Below are positions 47,387 through 56,438 of a DNA stretch of 64,000 bases, piece by piece. Position numbers and translations under genes: made by a program. The notes beneath the pieces were generated by a model that worked only from the letters and a program-made list of their open reading frames with translations, ran no database searches and had not been told where the DNA came from. Position 1 is the first letter of the stretch; every line of letters begins with the position of its first letter. The stretch is from Candidatus Melainabacteria bacterium (GTDB lineage: Bacteria; Cyanobacteriota; Vampirovibrionia; Obscuribacterales; Obscuribacteraceae): NCBI GenBank assembly GCA_963847765.1, contig CAWKBA010000008.1:10643-74642 (forward strand), in the 5' to 3' direction.

Positions 47387-49657
47387 GTGAGAAAATATCA
47401 GCCCAGAATGTTAAAGAAGCAGAGCAAGATTAAACTGCCCTGGAATGAAATTCGGTTCGTATTCATTTTAGCCTTTTGTTTTCTTTGTGCTGGCTGCGCA
47501 GGCAATAAAGTAACACCAGAAATTAGTTCTCAGGAGCCGGCAGACTTAAGCCCGTTACCGCCGCAACTGCAAGTTGAGCCCCTTTCTTTTGATTATCTTT
47601 TGCAATCCTATGACTTTCTTAATGACAAAAATAGAATTATTGCCCTAAAGCATTTCCTGGCTCAAAACAATCTCGACGACAGGCAAAAAGCAGAAGCTGC
47701 TTATATGCTAGCCAGGCTCATTCAGCAATCAGCTGATGCTGCCCAGGGGCAGGCGCTGCAACTTTTTGATCAAGCTCAGACTTATCCTCCTCTAAAAATA
47801 AAGTCTCTATGGCATAAAAGTGAGATTGCCGCAATACTGGGCAAAGAAAAACTGGTTCGCCAGGTTTTAGCAACTTTGCTGCCCGAATTAAAAGATCAAA
47901 CCAGCATAGCTGCCGCTCAATATTCACTGGCTCAATCATATGTAAGAGCTGGTGAAATTGACAATGCCATCCGCTTACTAAAACAAATCAGGGTTGATTT
48001 TCCCGGCACAGACTATGCCATTGGCGCAGGCTATTATCTTGGCACCCTGTCTCCCCAAAATGCCCGCGCTTATTATTTTGAATATTTGCAAGCCAGTCCC
48101 AACGGGCATTTCACCGCCGACATTCTCCTCAAACTGGAAAAGCTCGCCAGACCAAATATTTTGCCATTCAAAGAAAGCGAGCTGGTTGCAATGGCGAATG
48201 CTTACTCAGCTATTGGTGAATATAAATCAAGTCTTGCCTGCTGGCAAAAAGCCGGCACCAATAAACACTTGCTGCCGGTTGCCAGCTGTTTGCTTAGGTT
48301 GGGACAAATCAGGCCAGCTCAAGAAAAATTTTTTGAGAGTCTGGCGGAACAGGCGGATGAGCCGGGCGGGAGCGGGCGCATGCAATGCGCCCCTACCGAA
48401 TTAGCTAACGAAATCAGCTCACGTTTAAAACATGCCGACTCTATTCGCTTCTGGCAAAAACTACGAGGCTTTAAAGGTGCCTTTCAAGATAAAGTTCTCT
48501 GGAATCTTGCTATAAGGAGCAATTTCACTGATGCTCTTCGTTATTATCAAGACCTTATCACTCATTACCCGGATTCGACGTTTGCACCAGAAGCACAGTG
48601 GGTTTTGTTATGGCACAAATTTAAATCTACAAAAACCATATGGCTGCCAGCTTTATCTGAACTTTTCCATAAAGCAGCAATTAAATATAATCAGTGTTCA
48701 TTGACTCCACGATTTTTATTTTGGGCCGGAAAAACATTAGAAAAAGGCGGCAACAAACAAAGGGCGTGCTCTTATTTCAAGCAGGTCTCAAGCCAGTTTC
48801 CTTATAGTTATTACGGGCAAAGAGCTGCATTTCGTCTTAATTCACTGATCAGCTCCTCCCCAGACATTTATTTCAAGCTTCAATATTCCGGAGTTAAAAA
48901 TAATACTGATCTTCCCTGGAATTGGCCGCCACCGGAAAAATCACTTAAAGACCTGGGTAACCCGACTCTTGGTGAACTTATATATATAAAGCAATACCAG
49001 GAGGCATTGCTTGAGGGCGATAAGCTTTCAGCTAAGCTTGTCTCCTGGTTGCAGGCAATGAATGGGCAGCCCTGGTTGGCAATTAACACCGCTTATGCAT
49101 GCCTACAAGATAAGTCTTGTTCCTCGTCCGACAGCCAGATACTTCGGCAATATTCTTTCCCTTTGCTATACAATCGGGATATATCTTGTTATTGTCGCAA
49201 CAGTGGTCTGGACGATCCTGTGCTGGTGCAGGCGCTTATACGTGAAGAGTCACGTTATAATCCGCAAGCAGTAAGTTCAGCACATGCGCTTGGGCTGTGC
49301 CAGCTGATGCCTGCCACCGCCAGCAGTATTGCAGTCGGATATGGTATTAAACTTAAGAATAAAGATCAGCTTTTTCAGCCGCAAATTAATATGCGGTTGG
49401 GCATTTCTTATTTGTCGTCCGCATTGCATATTTTCAATAATGAACCATTGCTGGCTGTTGCCGGTTATAATGCCGGTATTAATGCTGTGAAAAGTTTCAC
49501 TGTAGGGGCTCGTTGCACGAGCCCGCTTCACAAAGCGCGCTCAATTGCAGATCCGGATCAGTTTGTAGAAGATTTTCCTTTTTCAGAAACACGAGATTAT
49601 ATACGTAAAGTCTTCAGCAGCCGCTGGTCTTACGACAAGATTTATGAGCATCAATAA
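47387..49657 (+). CDS. slt: Soluble lytic murein transglycosylase (Slt70-like: superhelical N-domain plus SLT catalytic domain)
   Basis: 756 aa with a GTG start and a lipobox-like LCAGC. The catalytic region is LIREESRYNPQAVSSAHALGLCQLMPATA...AGYNAG. Confidence 0.8.
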   Translation: MRKYQPRMLKKQSKIKLPWNEIRFVFILAFCFLCAGCAGNKVTPEISSQEPADLSPLPPQLQVEPLSFDYLLQSYDFLNDKNRIIALKHFLAQNNLDDRQKAEAAYMLARLIQQSADAAQGQALQLFDQAQTYPPLKIKSLWHKSEIAAILGKEKLVRQVLATLLPELKDQTSIAAAQYSLAQSYVRAGEIDNAIRLLKQIRVDFPGTDYAIGAGYYLGTLSPQNARAYYFEYLQASPNGHFTADILLKLEKLARPNILPFKESELVAMANAYSAIGEYKSSLACWQKAGTNKHLLPVASCLLRLGQIRPAQEKFFESLAEQADEPGGSGRMQCAPTELANEISSRLKHADSIRFWQKLRGFKGAFQDKVLWNLAIRSNFTDALRYYQDLITHYPDSTFAPEAQWVLLWHKFKSTKTIWLPALSELFHKAAIKYNQCSLTPRFLFWAGKTLEKGGNKQRACSYFKQVSSQFPYSYYGQRAAFRLNSLISSSPDIYFKLQYSGVKNNTDLPWNWPPPEKSLKDLGNPTLGELIYIKQYQEALLEGDKLSAKLVSWLQAMNGQPWLAINTAYACLQDKSCSSSDSQILRQYSFPLLYNRDISCYCRNSGLDDPVLVQALIREESRYNPQAVSSAHALGLCQLMPATASSIAVGYGIKLKNKDQLFQPQINMRLGISYLSSALHIFNNEPLLAVAGYNAGINAVKSFTVGARCTSPLHKARSIADPDQFVEDFPFSETRDYIRKVFSSRWSYDKIYEHQ
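48372..48396 (-). repeat. GTAGGGGC hairpin element, TTGCA-loop subtype, in frame in slt
   Basis: gcgggcgcatgcaatgcgcccctac has the stem GGGCGCA/TGCGCCC. It is translated within SGRMQCAPTE. Confidence 0.8.
49502..49526 (+). repeat. GTAGGGGC hairpin element, TTGCA-loop subtype, in frame in the slt catalytic domain
   Basis: gtaggggctcgttgcacgagcccgc has the stem GGGCTCG/CGAGCCC. It is translated as VGARCTSPL. Confidence 0.8.
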
Positions 49658-49660
49658 ATT

Positions 49661-49927
49661 TCAGCTCAGAGCCGGCTTCTCTTGCGTAGGTTCAACCTTC
49701 TCGCTAGCTCGAGCCTCAAATTCCCATTTGAACAGCTTTGACCACAAGTGGGGCGTATTTGGTAGAGGTGAGGAACTTGCAGGGGCAAGGCTTGCTGAGC
49801 CCGCAGCAGTATGATCTTCACGCGGTAATTTATAGCCACAGGTCAGACATAAATGCTTTTTGACAGCAGTCATTTGAAATTTGCAGCGTGGGCAAACAGG
49901 GTATTGCATATCTTCCCAGACAGTCAT
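49661..49927 (-). CDS. Small zinc-ribbon protein
   Basis: 88 aa with CPRC...CLTC. Confidence 0.4.
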   Translation of the reverse strand: MTVWEDMQYPVCPRCKFQMTAVKKHLCLTCGYKLPREDHTAAGSASLAPASSSPLPNTPHLWSKLFKWEFEARASEKVEPTQEKPALS

Positions 49928-50140
49928 ATAGATAGCTTGTGGTCTTAATTCGAGTATAGCACGGACCAGTAATTTGCCGGCAAATTTTTCATCTAAGCCT
50001 CAGCGCCATCACTGATCCATCGTTGTGTGCGGCCGGACTCAATTCTGGGTTCTGATTGTTTAATCCTCAACCGGACAATTAATAAAGTCAGTAAGCTATA
50101 GTTAGCCGGACAGTCCAACTGTCATATAAAGGAGATAATT

Positions 50141-50347
50141 ATGGCCAACGCGTATAAAATTACTGAAATTGTCGGCTGCTCATCCAAAAGCTTTTCTAAC
50201 GCTGCAGAGGAAGCCGTCAGGCGAGCATCAACCACTATTCGTCATTTGAGCTGGTTTGAGATTGTTGAACAACGAGGCTTAATTAAAGATGGCCAGGTAG
50301 CAGAATTCCAGGTAACCATAAAACTTGGTTTTAAGCTTGAAGAATAA
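50141..50347 (+). CDS. Dodecin-family flavin-binding protein
   Basis: 68 aa. YKITEIVGCSSKSFSNAAEEAV...WFEIVEQRG.I.DG....FQVTIKLGF is typical of dodecin, and there is a strong AGGAG RBS. Confidence 0.75.
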   Translation: MANAYKITEIVGCSSKSFSNAAEEAVRRASTTIRHLSWFEIVEQRGLIKDGQVAEFQVTIKLGFKLEE

Positions 50348-50359
50348 ACAGCTTTCCAC

Positions 50360-50388
50360 TGCTTGACATATTCTGCTTTTCAAGCAGG
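50360..50388 (+). terminator. Possible stem-loop after dodecin gene (no clear T-tract)
   Basis: ctgcttga ... tcaagcag forms an 8-bp stem with a 13-nt loop. Confidence 0.25.
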
Positions 50389-50471
50389 TCGCAACAACTA
50401 GCGCAGTTGCGCTAAGTACGGTATAAATATTTAAGCTTTGTGGTTATTGGCTAGATCAAATCAGTAAATCA

Positions 50472-51221
50472 ATGGACTTAATGTCAATTAACTCAGTTGC
50501 CAGCAGGCTCGGGCTTTCGGTGCACCAACTCAGGCGCTGGGAACTAATGTTTGGACTGGAAATAAAACGCGGGCGTGGTCAACAACGCCAGTACAGGACT
50601 GAAGATGTATCAGTATTGGAGCGGATTAAAGAACTGGTTGAGCAAGGTTGGCCAACCACTCAAATAAGGCCTCAGCTAGAAGCTGAAGGACTGCTTACAC
50701 CTAAATTAATTGGACTGCCTTCGCAGGTCGGCGAACAAGAAATTTTGGTTGAATCGGTAATTGGTTTGCGCAATTTTGCTGAGCGTCGTTTTATCGATCT
50801 TTCTCATCAGATTGAAGAACTGAGACAGCTTTTTATTACTATTACCCTCAAACAAGAACTGCAAAGTGAATTAGACGCCCCGTGGCAGCCGTTGACCAAG
50901 GAATTTATAAGCGATACGCCGCAAAGCCAGGCCGAAGAAATTGCTATTGGTCCGACTGTCTCGGTGTCTCCAGCTCCAGCCGGCGAAACGAAAAAAGTGG
51001 CTGCCCCACCACCAACAGCAATGGGACTGGGTGAGATTACCGATCAAAACTACCTGACCATTCTTGGACGGGCACTTGATTTAGTGACCTGGACAGATGA
51101 ACAAGCTGATGAATATGCGTCTAAACACTTCAACATACCGCACTGGGATGAAATGGGACGCAGTCAGGCAGAGAACTTAATTAACCATCTAGCCGGCATT
51201 TTTGAAAATAAGAGCGCGTAG
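50472..51221 (+). CDS. MerR-family HTH protein with long non-canonical C-terminal region
   Basis: The N-terminal SINSVASRLGLSVHQLRRWE...YRTEDVSVLERIKEL is a MerR-type HTH. The C-terminal 170 aa were not recognised. Confidence 0.6.
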   Translation: MDLMSINSVASRLGLSVHQLRRWELMFGLEIKRGRGQQRQYRTEDVSVLERIKELVEQGWPTTQIRPQLEAEGLLTPKLIGLPSQVGEQEILVESVIGLRNFAERRFIDLSHQIEELRQLFITITLKQELQSELDAPWQPLTKEFISDTPQSQAEEIAIGPTVSVSPAPAGETKKVAAPPPTAMGLGEITDQNYLTILGRALDLVTWTDEQADEYASKHFNIPHWDEMGRSQAENLINHLAGIFENKSA

Positions 51222-51231
51222 CTCCAAATAT

Positions 51232-51720
51232 ATGCCTGAAAATGCTGCTAGTCGTATATTATCCCGTGATCAATTAAAAGAGACGGTCGATTGGTGCCGC
51301 AAACAAAAAAAAACTATTGTCGCCACCAATGGTTGCTTTGATATTTTGCATAGTGGACATTTGCAGCTGCTCAATAGCGCTAAAACTCTAGGCGATATAC
51401 TGATAGTGGGCATCAATAGCGATCTATCAGTCAAAAAGTCAAAAGGAAACGATCGCCCTTTAGTCAATGAAAAAGAAAGAGCTGAAATTTTAGCTAATTT
51501 AAGAGCTGTCGATTTTGTCATAGTTTTTGATGAAGACACAGCCGTTGAATTGCTGAAAGCAATCAAGCCTGATATTTATGTCAAAGGCGGCGATTACAAT
51601 ACCAACAACCTCCCTGAGGCGCCGGTGATGACCTCTCTTGGTGGCACTATAAAATTTATAGAACTGGCGCCCGGCAAAAGCAGTACCGGCTTAATTGAAA
51701 AAATCAATAAGACCATTTAA
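51232..51720 (+). CDS. Cytidylyltransferase-fold protein, RfaE domain II-like (D-beta-D-heptose 1-phosphate adenylyltransferase type)
   Basis: TNGCFDILHSGHLQLL, VGINSD, RPLVNEKERAEILANLRAVDFV, and PDIYVKGGDY. Confidence 0.8.
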   Translation: MPENAASRILSRDQLKETVDWCRKQKKTIVATNGCFDILHSGHLQLLNSAKTLGDILIVGINSDLSVKKSKGNDRPLVNEKERAEILANLRAVDFVIVFDEDTAVELLKAIKPDIYVKGGDYNTNNLPEAPVMTSLGGTIKFIELAPGKSSTGLIEKINKTI

Positions 51721-52575
51721 TTAATTTATTTGCAGTCCAAGGTTGTCGGTAAGAACAATTTCGATTTCTTGCCCTGGGCCAAGATTGATATTGTCACCAG
51801 AGCGAAATAGAGCAATGGCGGAGCCGCCTAAAGCTGTAGCAATAGTAGGCACTCCTAAAGTGGCTACATTGGCGGCAACAAGAGCTCCTCTGGTAGCCCC
51901 ATGCGAATCTGCTCCTGATACAGCCCGTATCTCAGATCCGACTCTGGTACCAAAATTGGTGCCAGGATCCAGTTGACCTTTCTCATTGGCTATTCCTTTT
52001 TCAAACTCCAGAGCCGCATCCAATGGAATCACTTCACCTGTGGGTGTGACAATTTGATCCAACTTCAGCCCAATCCGTCCGGCACGGCTTATCATTCTTG
52101 GTTTGTTCACCAGAGCAATCCGCCCTCTAATTAAAGACCCGCGCGGCAATAACAAATTAGTGCCAACAAATAGATCGTCACGTACATGCCCCTCAAATAT
52201 ATCGCCGGGCTGGCTGGCTTTAGCGTCGACTCTTGTCTCCAGAACAAGTTTCATGTGTGTTTTTACCGGCAAAGTAGTAGAGGCAGCCTCGCCTCGTAAA
52301 ACTGTTCCAATTTTTGATCCTATTGCCGCCAAACCACTTCTGGTCGTATTGCCGGGTGGTTTTTCCCCAGTTTCTTTAAAAGCAGGAAAATCAGGTACAT
52401 TTTTAAGTTCAATCGGCTGGGCCAGCTGGTCATTATTTTCAGCTTCAGGCGGAGCCAACCTTGGCAAAGAAGGCTGGTAAGAAGAACTTTGCCCATAAAC
52501 AGGGACCATGTGAGTCATGCCCACAATTGATAGCACAAAAACGGAGCGCACCTTGATATTGTCAAAACAGATCAT
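51721..52575 (-). CDS. Secreted protein, unknown; weak resemblance to VirB10/TrbI-type beta-barrel segments
   Basis: It has a signal-like N-terminus. KLVLETRVDAKASQPGDIFEGHV...LPRGSLIRGRI...GRIGLKLDQIVTPTGEVIPL gives a pattern-level resemblance only. Confidence 0.35.
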   Translation of the reverse strand: MICFDNIKVRSVFVLSIVGMTHMVPVYGQSSSYQPSLPRLAPPEAENNDQLAQPIELKNVPDFPAFKETGEKPPGNTTRSGLAAIGSKIGTVLRGEAASTTLPVKTHMKLVLETRVDAKASQPGDIFEGHVRDDLFVGTNLLLPRGSLIRGRIALVNKPRMISRAGRIGLKLDQIVTPTGEVIPLDAALEFEKGIANEKGQLDPGTNFGTRVGSEIRAVSGADSHGATRGALVAANVATLGVPTIATALGGSAIALFRSGDNINLGPGQEIEIVLTDNLGLQIN

Positions 52576-52604
52576 AACTATTCAATCCCTCAGATAATTC
52601 TCTC

Positions 52605-53027
52605 TTACGTATTTCTTCGCACCAGTGCCGATACAACCGGCATTTCTGCATATTTACCCAGCAAAGCAAATATCGCGCCATAAATCATCAATCCATAAAT
52701 GCAAGCGTCAATTAATAATAAAAGCCACTCTATGGCCGTACCTGTGACCATAACAACCATTTCTTTCATAGGCAATAAGGCAAATATTAAAGACAACATT
52801 CCCGTTAATATAGCTTGAAGTGTAGACCCGGTCCAGTTCAGTAAAAACATAAAAACTGCCAATAAAATCGACTGTAAAAAGTGAAAATAAAAAAATGGCG
52901 CTGTTTGGGCGTTTTTTTTAAACAATAACAAATAAAGTAGTCCAATCAACCCACAGCTGGGATAACAGGCAGCAGAGATGACTTTATCTAATAATTCTGG
53001 TTGTTGATTCTTAACTAAATAAGGCAT
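52605..53027 (-). CDS. Small polytopic membrane protein, unknown function
   Basis: 140 aa with four hydrophobic helices. Confidence 0.5.
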   Translation of the reverse strand: MPYLVKNQQPELLDKVISAACYPSCGLIGLLYLLLFKKNAQTAPFFYFHFLQSILLAVFMFLLNWTGSTLQAILTGMLSLIFALLPMKEMVVMVTGTAIEWLLLLIDACIYGLMIYGAIFALLGKYAEMPVVSALVRRNT

Positions 53028-53143
53028 TTTCTTAATTAAGTGACTTGTTGTTCTAATTAAGCCGCTGATCTCATCTACAAGTACACATTATCTACACAGA
53101 TTGGAATAATAATAAGGGTATTATTGCTCAAAAATCAGTTCAT

Positions 53144-53623
53144 ATGAGCTTTACAACAATGACCCGTTATTCACATCGCAAACCAGCTCAATCAAATGCC
53201 GGATCTACCTTAAGTGAAATTCCGCCTGCTCTTTTCTTGCTTATTTTCTTTGCTGTTTTCCCTGTCGTTAATCTGATAATTATGGGACTTACTTATTCTT
53301 CTTGCGCTCTCCTTAACAATTTGGAGTTAAGAGAAGCCGCCAGAACGCCGAACTCACAATTATCGGCTGTCATACTTTCTGTACAGCAAAATTGGCAATC
53401 AGGCACATTGGGTCAATTGACCGGGCTAGTCAGCCCTCCGGAAACAGATGTCACTTATAGTAATAATGGCTCGGATACTTATGTCACTGTGTCCACTGTT
53501 TTCACAGCCAAATCATTATTCAACATTCCGTTTTTTAAAGGCATACCCGGTCTGGGAGGACCATGGACTTATACAATTGCCGGCAATAGGGTCCTGGAGG
53601 ATCCAAGCTATGCCACCTTTTGA
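53144..53623 (+). CDS. TadE-like pseudopilin
   Basis: An N-terminal hydrophobic segment follows GSTLSEIPPALFLLIFFAVFPVV. It sits next to other TadE/G-like genes. Confidence 0.55.
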   Translation: MSFTTMTRYSHRKPAQSNAGSTLSEIPPALFLLIFFAVFPVVNLIIMGLTYSSCALLNNLELREAARTPNSQLSAVILSVQQNWQSGTLGQLTGLVSPPETDVTYSNNGSDTYVTVSTVFTAKSLFNIPFFKGIPGLGGPWTYTIAGNRVLEDPSYATF

Positions 53624-54032
53624 AAAACCGGCGAGCAGGCATAAGCGGTCTGGACAGGCTCTAATTGAAACAGTAGCGGGACTAGTGTTGCTAATTCCCC
53701 TGGCACTGTTTTCTTATGATTTAACCTATATTTTAATCTCCAATCAAAATAACGAACGTCTGGCTGAAAATGCTGCCCGCGCTGCTGCCAATCATCTCAC
53801 CCTTTTGAGTGCAAAACAGGCAGCCCAGCAGGCTGTCGACAATTTTAATCAATCGACCGGCAACAACGGCACCCGCCTCGCCGATTTTAGCTATGATCAA
53901 GGCAGCAGCGGCCAGGTCGCACTGACTATACGCATGGAAGTTATATTGCCTGTTCCGTTTGGTTCCTGGAAAACAATGATCATACAGGCCCAATCAATTG
54001 TGCCCATTGTCGCTATCCCTGCCCCCACTTAA
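53610..54032 (+). CDS. TadE-like pseudopilin
   Basis: An internal ATG overlaps the upstream stop. GQALIETVAGLVLLIPLALFSYDL matches the TadE N-terminal motif. Confidence 0.65.
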   Translation: MPPFEKPASRHKRSGQALIETVAGLVLLIPLALFSYDLTYILISNQNNERLAENAARAAANHLTLLSAKQAAQQAVDNFNQSTGNNGTRLADFSYDQGSSGQVALTIRMEVILPVPFGSWKTMIIQAQSIVPIVAIPAPT

Positions 54033-54037
54033 TATCA

Positions 54038-55621
54038 ATGAAATCCATGAAAGAAAATAGATCCAAATTAAACAGACAACGGCAAAGTACAGGGGCATCA
54101 CTGGCCTTAGTAGCTGTTTGCGCTGGATTGATTATCCTCTTTCTGATCGTTTGTTTTCAGATGGCTCAACAAATGGGCGGTCTGCAAGAATTAAATTACA
54201 CTGCTGATTCAGCTGCACTAAACACAGCCAAGCGATCTATGGAAGTTAAAGTAGGGACTGGTCCTCTTTATAGTGATTGCGCTGATTCAACCGGTATGGT
54301 TGGACTGGCAAATATCAATCGTGTCTGGGGCAAGGCTTTTCTTATCAATGCCAATGTTGAAGAAATGATGGCTAATCAAGAACTGACCGATCAGGCCACC
54401 AATTCCGGTAATAATGCTTTTGCTGCCGCTCAACAAATAAATGATAATCTCTGCAGTGAAGTAGGCTCTATACCAATACTTAATTCGTTTTTTGATCAAA
54501 TTGCCGGCCAGCGATTGGCCAAGCTCTTAGGCAATGCTACATTGCAGCCTACAGATAAGATTGCCTGTGCCGGGTTCTGGCGCAGTTCTTTGGTCTATCG
54601 CGGTGACGAAAGTAATCTTGCTTTCCGCAGCAATCAAATTCCCGGTCCACTAAATTCTCAGATACAAGGCATCAGTACTGCCGGACAAACTTTTTTACAA
54701 GGCTATACACCTCTGCAAGCCAATGATAAATCTTTCTATTTTGTTCCTTTCCATCCAGTTGAAATGCCGCATTTAATTTCAGAAACTCTTTTTAAACAAA
54801 ATACCGCGGACATCAACCAATTGGACAATATAGTTAACCCATTGCCCAATGCCTTCGCTTGTTATGGACAGAAACCAATGAACACCAATGCTTTTGCCAT
54901 TGCCAATCCACAAAAACAATATAATTTGTCCATTCCTCATGCCTTTGCCTCAATTAATCTCATTAATACCGCTTATTGGATTGTGCAAGATAAACAAGTC
55001 AATGTGACAACTTACGGCTACACACCTGAAACACAATGGGGTGCACGCCAGATACCGCTGGGGGGCACAAACAATAATCACCTGGATGGTTATGCTTCTT
55101 TAGGTAATGAGTTTTCAGGCAATACGCTCTGGGCGGCTGTGCAATCAGTTCAGGGAGATTCGTCGCAAGCACTGGCACTGCTGCTGCAAAAAATCCAGGA
55201 AATAAAAGGAGATTTTACACAGGCTAATTTACAGCAATTCCTCCAGCAGCAAACTCTTGTTCCTGATGTCACCACTTATATAATCTATCCTAATTATACA
55301 AGCCCCGACAATACCAATCCCAGCATGCAAATTGCCCCTGTTTCAGCAAATTCAGCACGAACAACATTACCTCATTGGCTAAATGCCAGTGCCTCTAATG
55401 AAGGACAAACAAAAACCGTTTTGAGTCAAGAGCCAACTCAGGATCAGCCTAACTTTGACTGGGAAATGGTTACTGGCCCGGGTTACCACGCCAGTGGTAA
55501 TTGGACAATGGTAGAAGGCGCATTAGATTGGCAGCCTGGTACAGGTACAAACCAAACGCTGGGGCAGTTGTCTGTAGTCCACAACACTCGTTGTTATTTC
55601 ACCGCTGCACCAAATAATTGA
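54038..55621 (+). CDS. TadG-like large pseudopilin or pilus-associated protein
   Basis: 527 aa with an N-terminal Tad_N-like segment (GASLALVAVCAGLIILFLIVCFQMAQ). Confidence 0.6.
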   Translation: MKSMKENRSKLNRQRQSTGASLALVAVCAGLIILFLIVCFQMAQQMGGLQELNYTADSAALNTAKRSMEVKVGTGPLYSDCADSTGMVGLANINRVWGKAFLINANVEEMMANQELTDQATNSGNNAFAAAQQINDNLCSEVGSIPILNSFFDQIAGQRLAKLLGNATLQPTDKIACAGFWRSSLVYRGDESNLAFRSNQIPGPLNSQIQGISTAGQTFLQGYTPLQANDKSFYFVPFHPVEMPHLISETLFKQNTADINQLDNIVNPLPNAFACYGQKPMNTNAFAIANPQKQYNLSIPHAFASINLINTAYWIVQDKQVNVTTYGYTPETQWGARQIPLGGTNNNHLDGYASLGNEFSGNTLWAAVQSVQGDSSQALALLLQKIQEIKGDFTQANLQQFLQQQTLVPDVTTYIIYPNYTSPDNTNPSMQIAPVSANSARTTLPHWLNASASNEGQTKTVLSQEPTQDQPNFDWEMVTGPGYHASGNWTMVEGALDWQPGTGTNQTLGQLSVVHNTRCYFTAAPNN

Positions 55622-55640
55622 TCCTCAAATAAATGCTGCC

Positions 55641-56414
55641 ATGAAACTTATATCGTCACTATCCTGGATAAAAAACATTGGCAGTATAATGCTATTGATT
55701 TATTGTCTTAGTTGTTTGCCTGTTTATGGTGAAAGCCCTTTTCTAAAAAAGGGCATTGAGGCATACAATGCCGGCGACTATAATAAGGCTGCCGGGCATC
55801 TTGGCGCAGCCCAGTCAGCAGAATTCAGTAACCCCATTTTGCATTATTATCTAGCTAACACACTCATCCATCTTAATGATCGTGACGGTGCCATTCGTGA
55901 ATACAGAATTGCTTATGCTCTTGAACCGGATGGCGATGTGGCCAGAGAATGCCGCCTGGCTCTTTCCGCCTACGGAGCTGATTTATTCAATACAAGAAAA
56001 TCAAAACGCAGCAATATGGATCCCATGACAGCGTTTGGAAGAATTACATTTTCCTCTGATCCGGTCATTCAACAAGCTGTAGTAGCCATGCACAAACAAG
56101 TGGATCAATTAACATCCAACTACAGTAATGGGGGACAGAATACGAATATGCTGCGACGAGCTTATCGCTGGCAAAATCGGCAACTGATACAAGATAATGC
56201 CAGAAGCGCTTCTGCCGCCGCTGAGAGCGCCAACAATCTGGAAAAATTACTCAACAATAATGGCCCCCACAGCAATATCAAGCTGGATCCCTCCGGTACT
56301 AATTTGTATATTCGCAAATATGCTTATCCTGATTCATCCAATCAAACTCAGCCTTCAACAACAGTCAGTGGCAAATTAATCAATCAGCACTCTAATTCAT
56401 CTGTTAAACAATGA
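55641..56414 (+). CDS. Secreted TPR protein (possible TadD-like role)
   Basis: It has a signal peptide and two or three TPR units (GIEAYNAGDYNKAAGHL..., YYLANTLIHLNDRDGAIREYRIAYALEP). Confidence 0.55.
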   Translation: MKLISSLSWIKNIGSIMLLIYCLSCLPVYGESPFLKKGIEAYNAGDYNKAAGHLGAAQSAEFSNPILHYYLANTLIHLNDRDGAIREYRIAYALEPDGDVARECRLALSAYGADLFNTRKSKRSNMDPMTAFGRITFSSDPVIQQAVVAMHKQVDQLTSNYSNGGQNTNMLRRAYRWQNRQLIQDNARSASAAAESANNLEKLLNNNGPHSNIKLDPSGTNLYIRKYAYPDSSNQTQPSTTVSGKLINQHSNSSVKQ

Positions 56415-56438
56415 CTTCCGGTAGGGTACATTAAATAT

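Noticed and set aside
49928-50140. A possible FMN (RFN) riboswitch upstream of the dodecin gene, given that dodecin binds flavins.
   Set aside because: I could not find the conserved RFN core motifs or a convincing multi-stem structure in the 213-nt leader. It needs a covariance-model scan before any claim.
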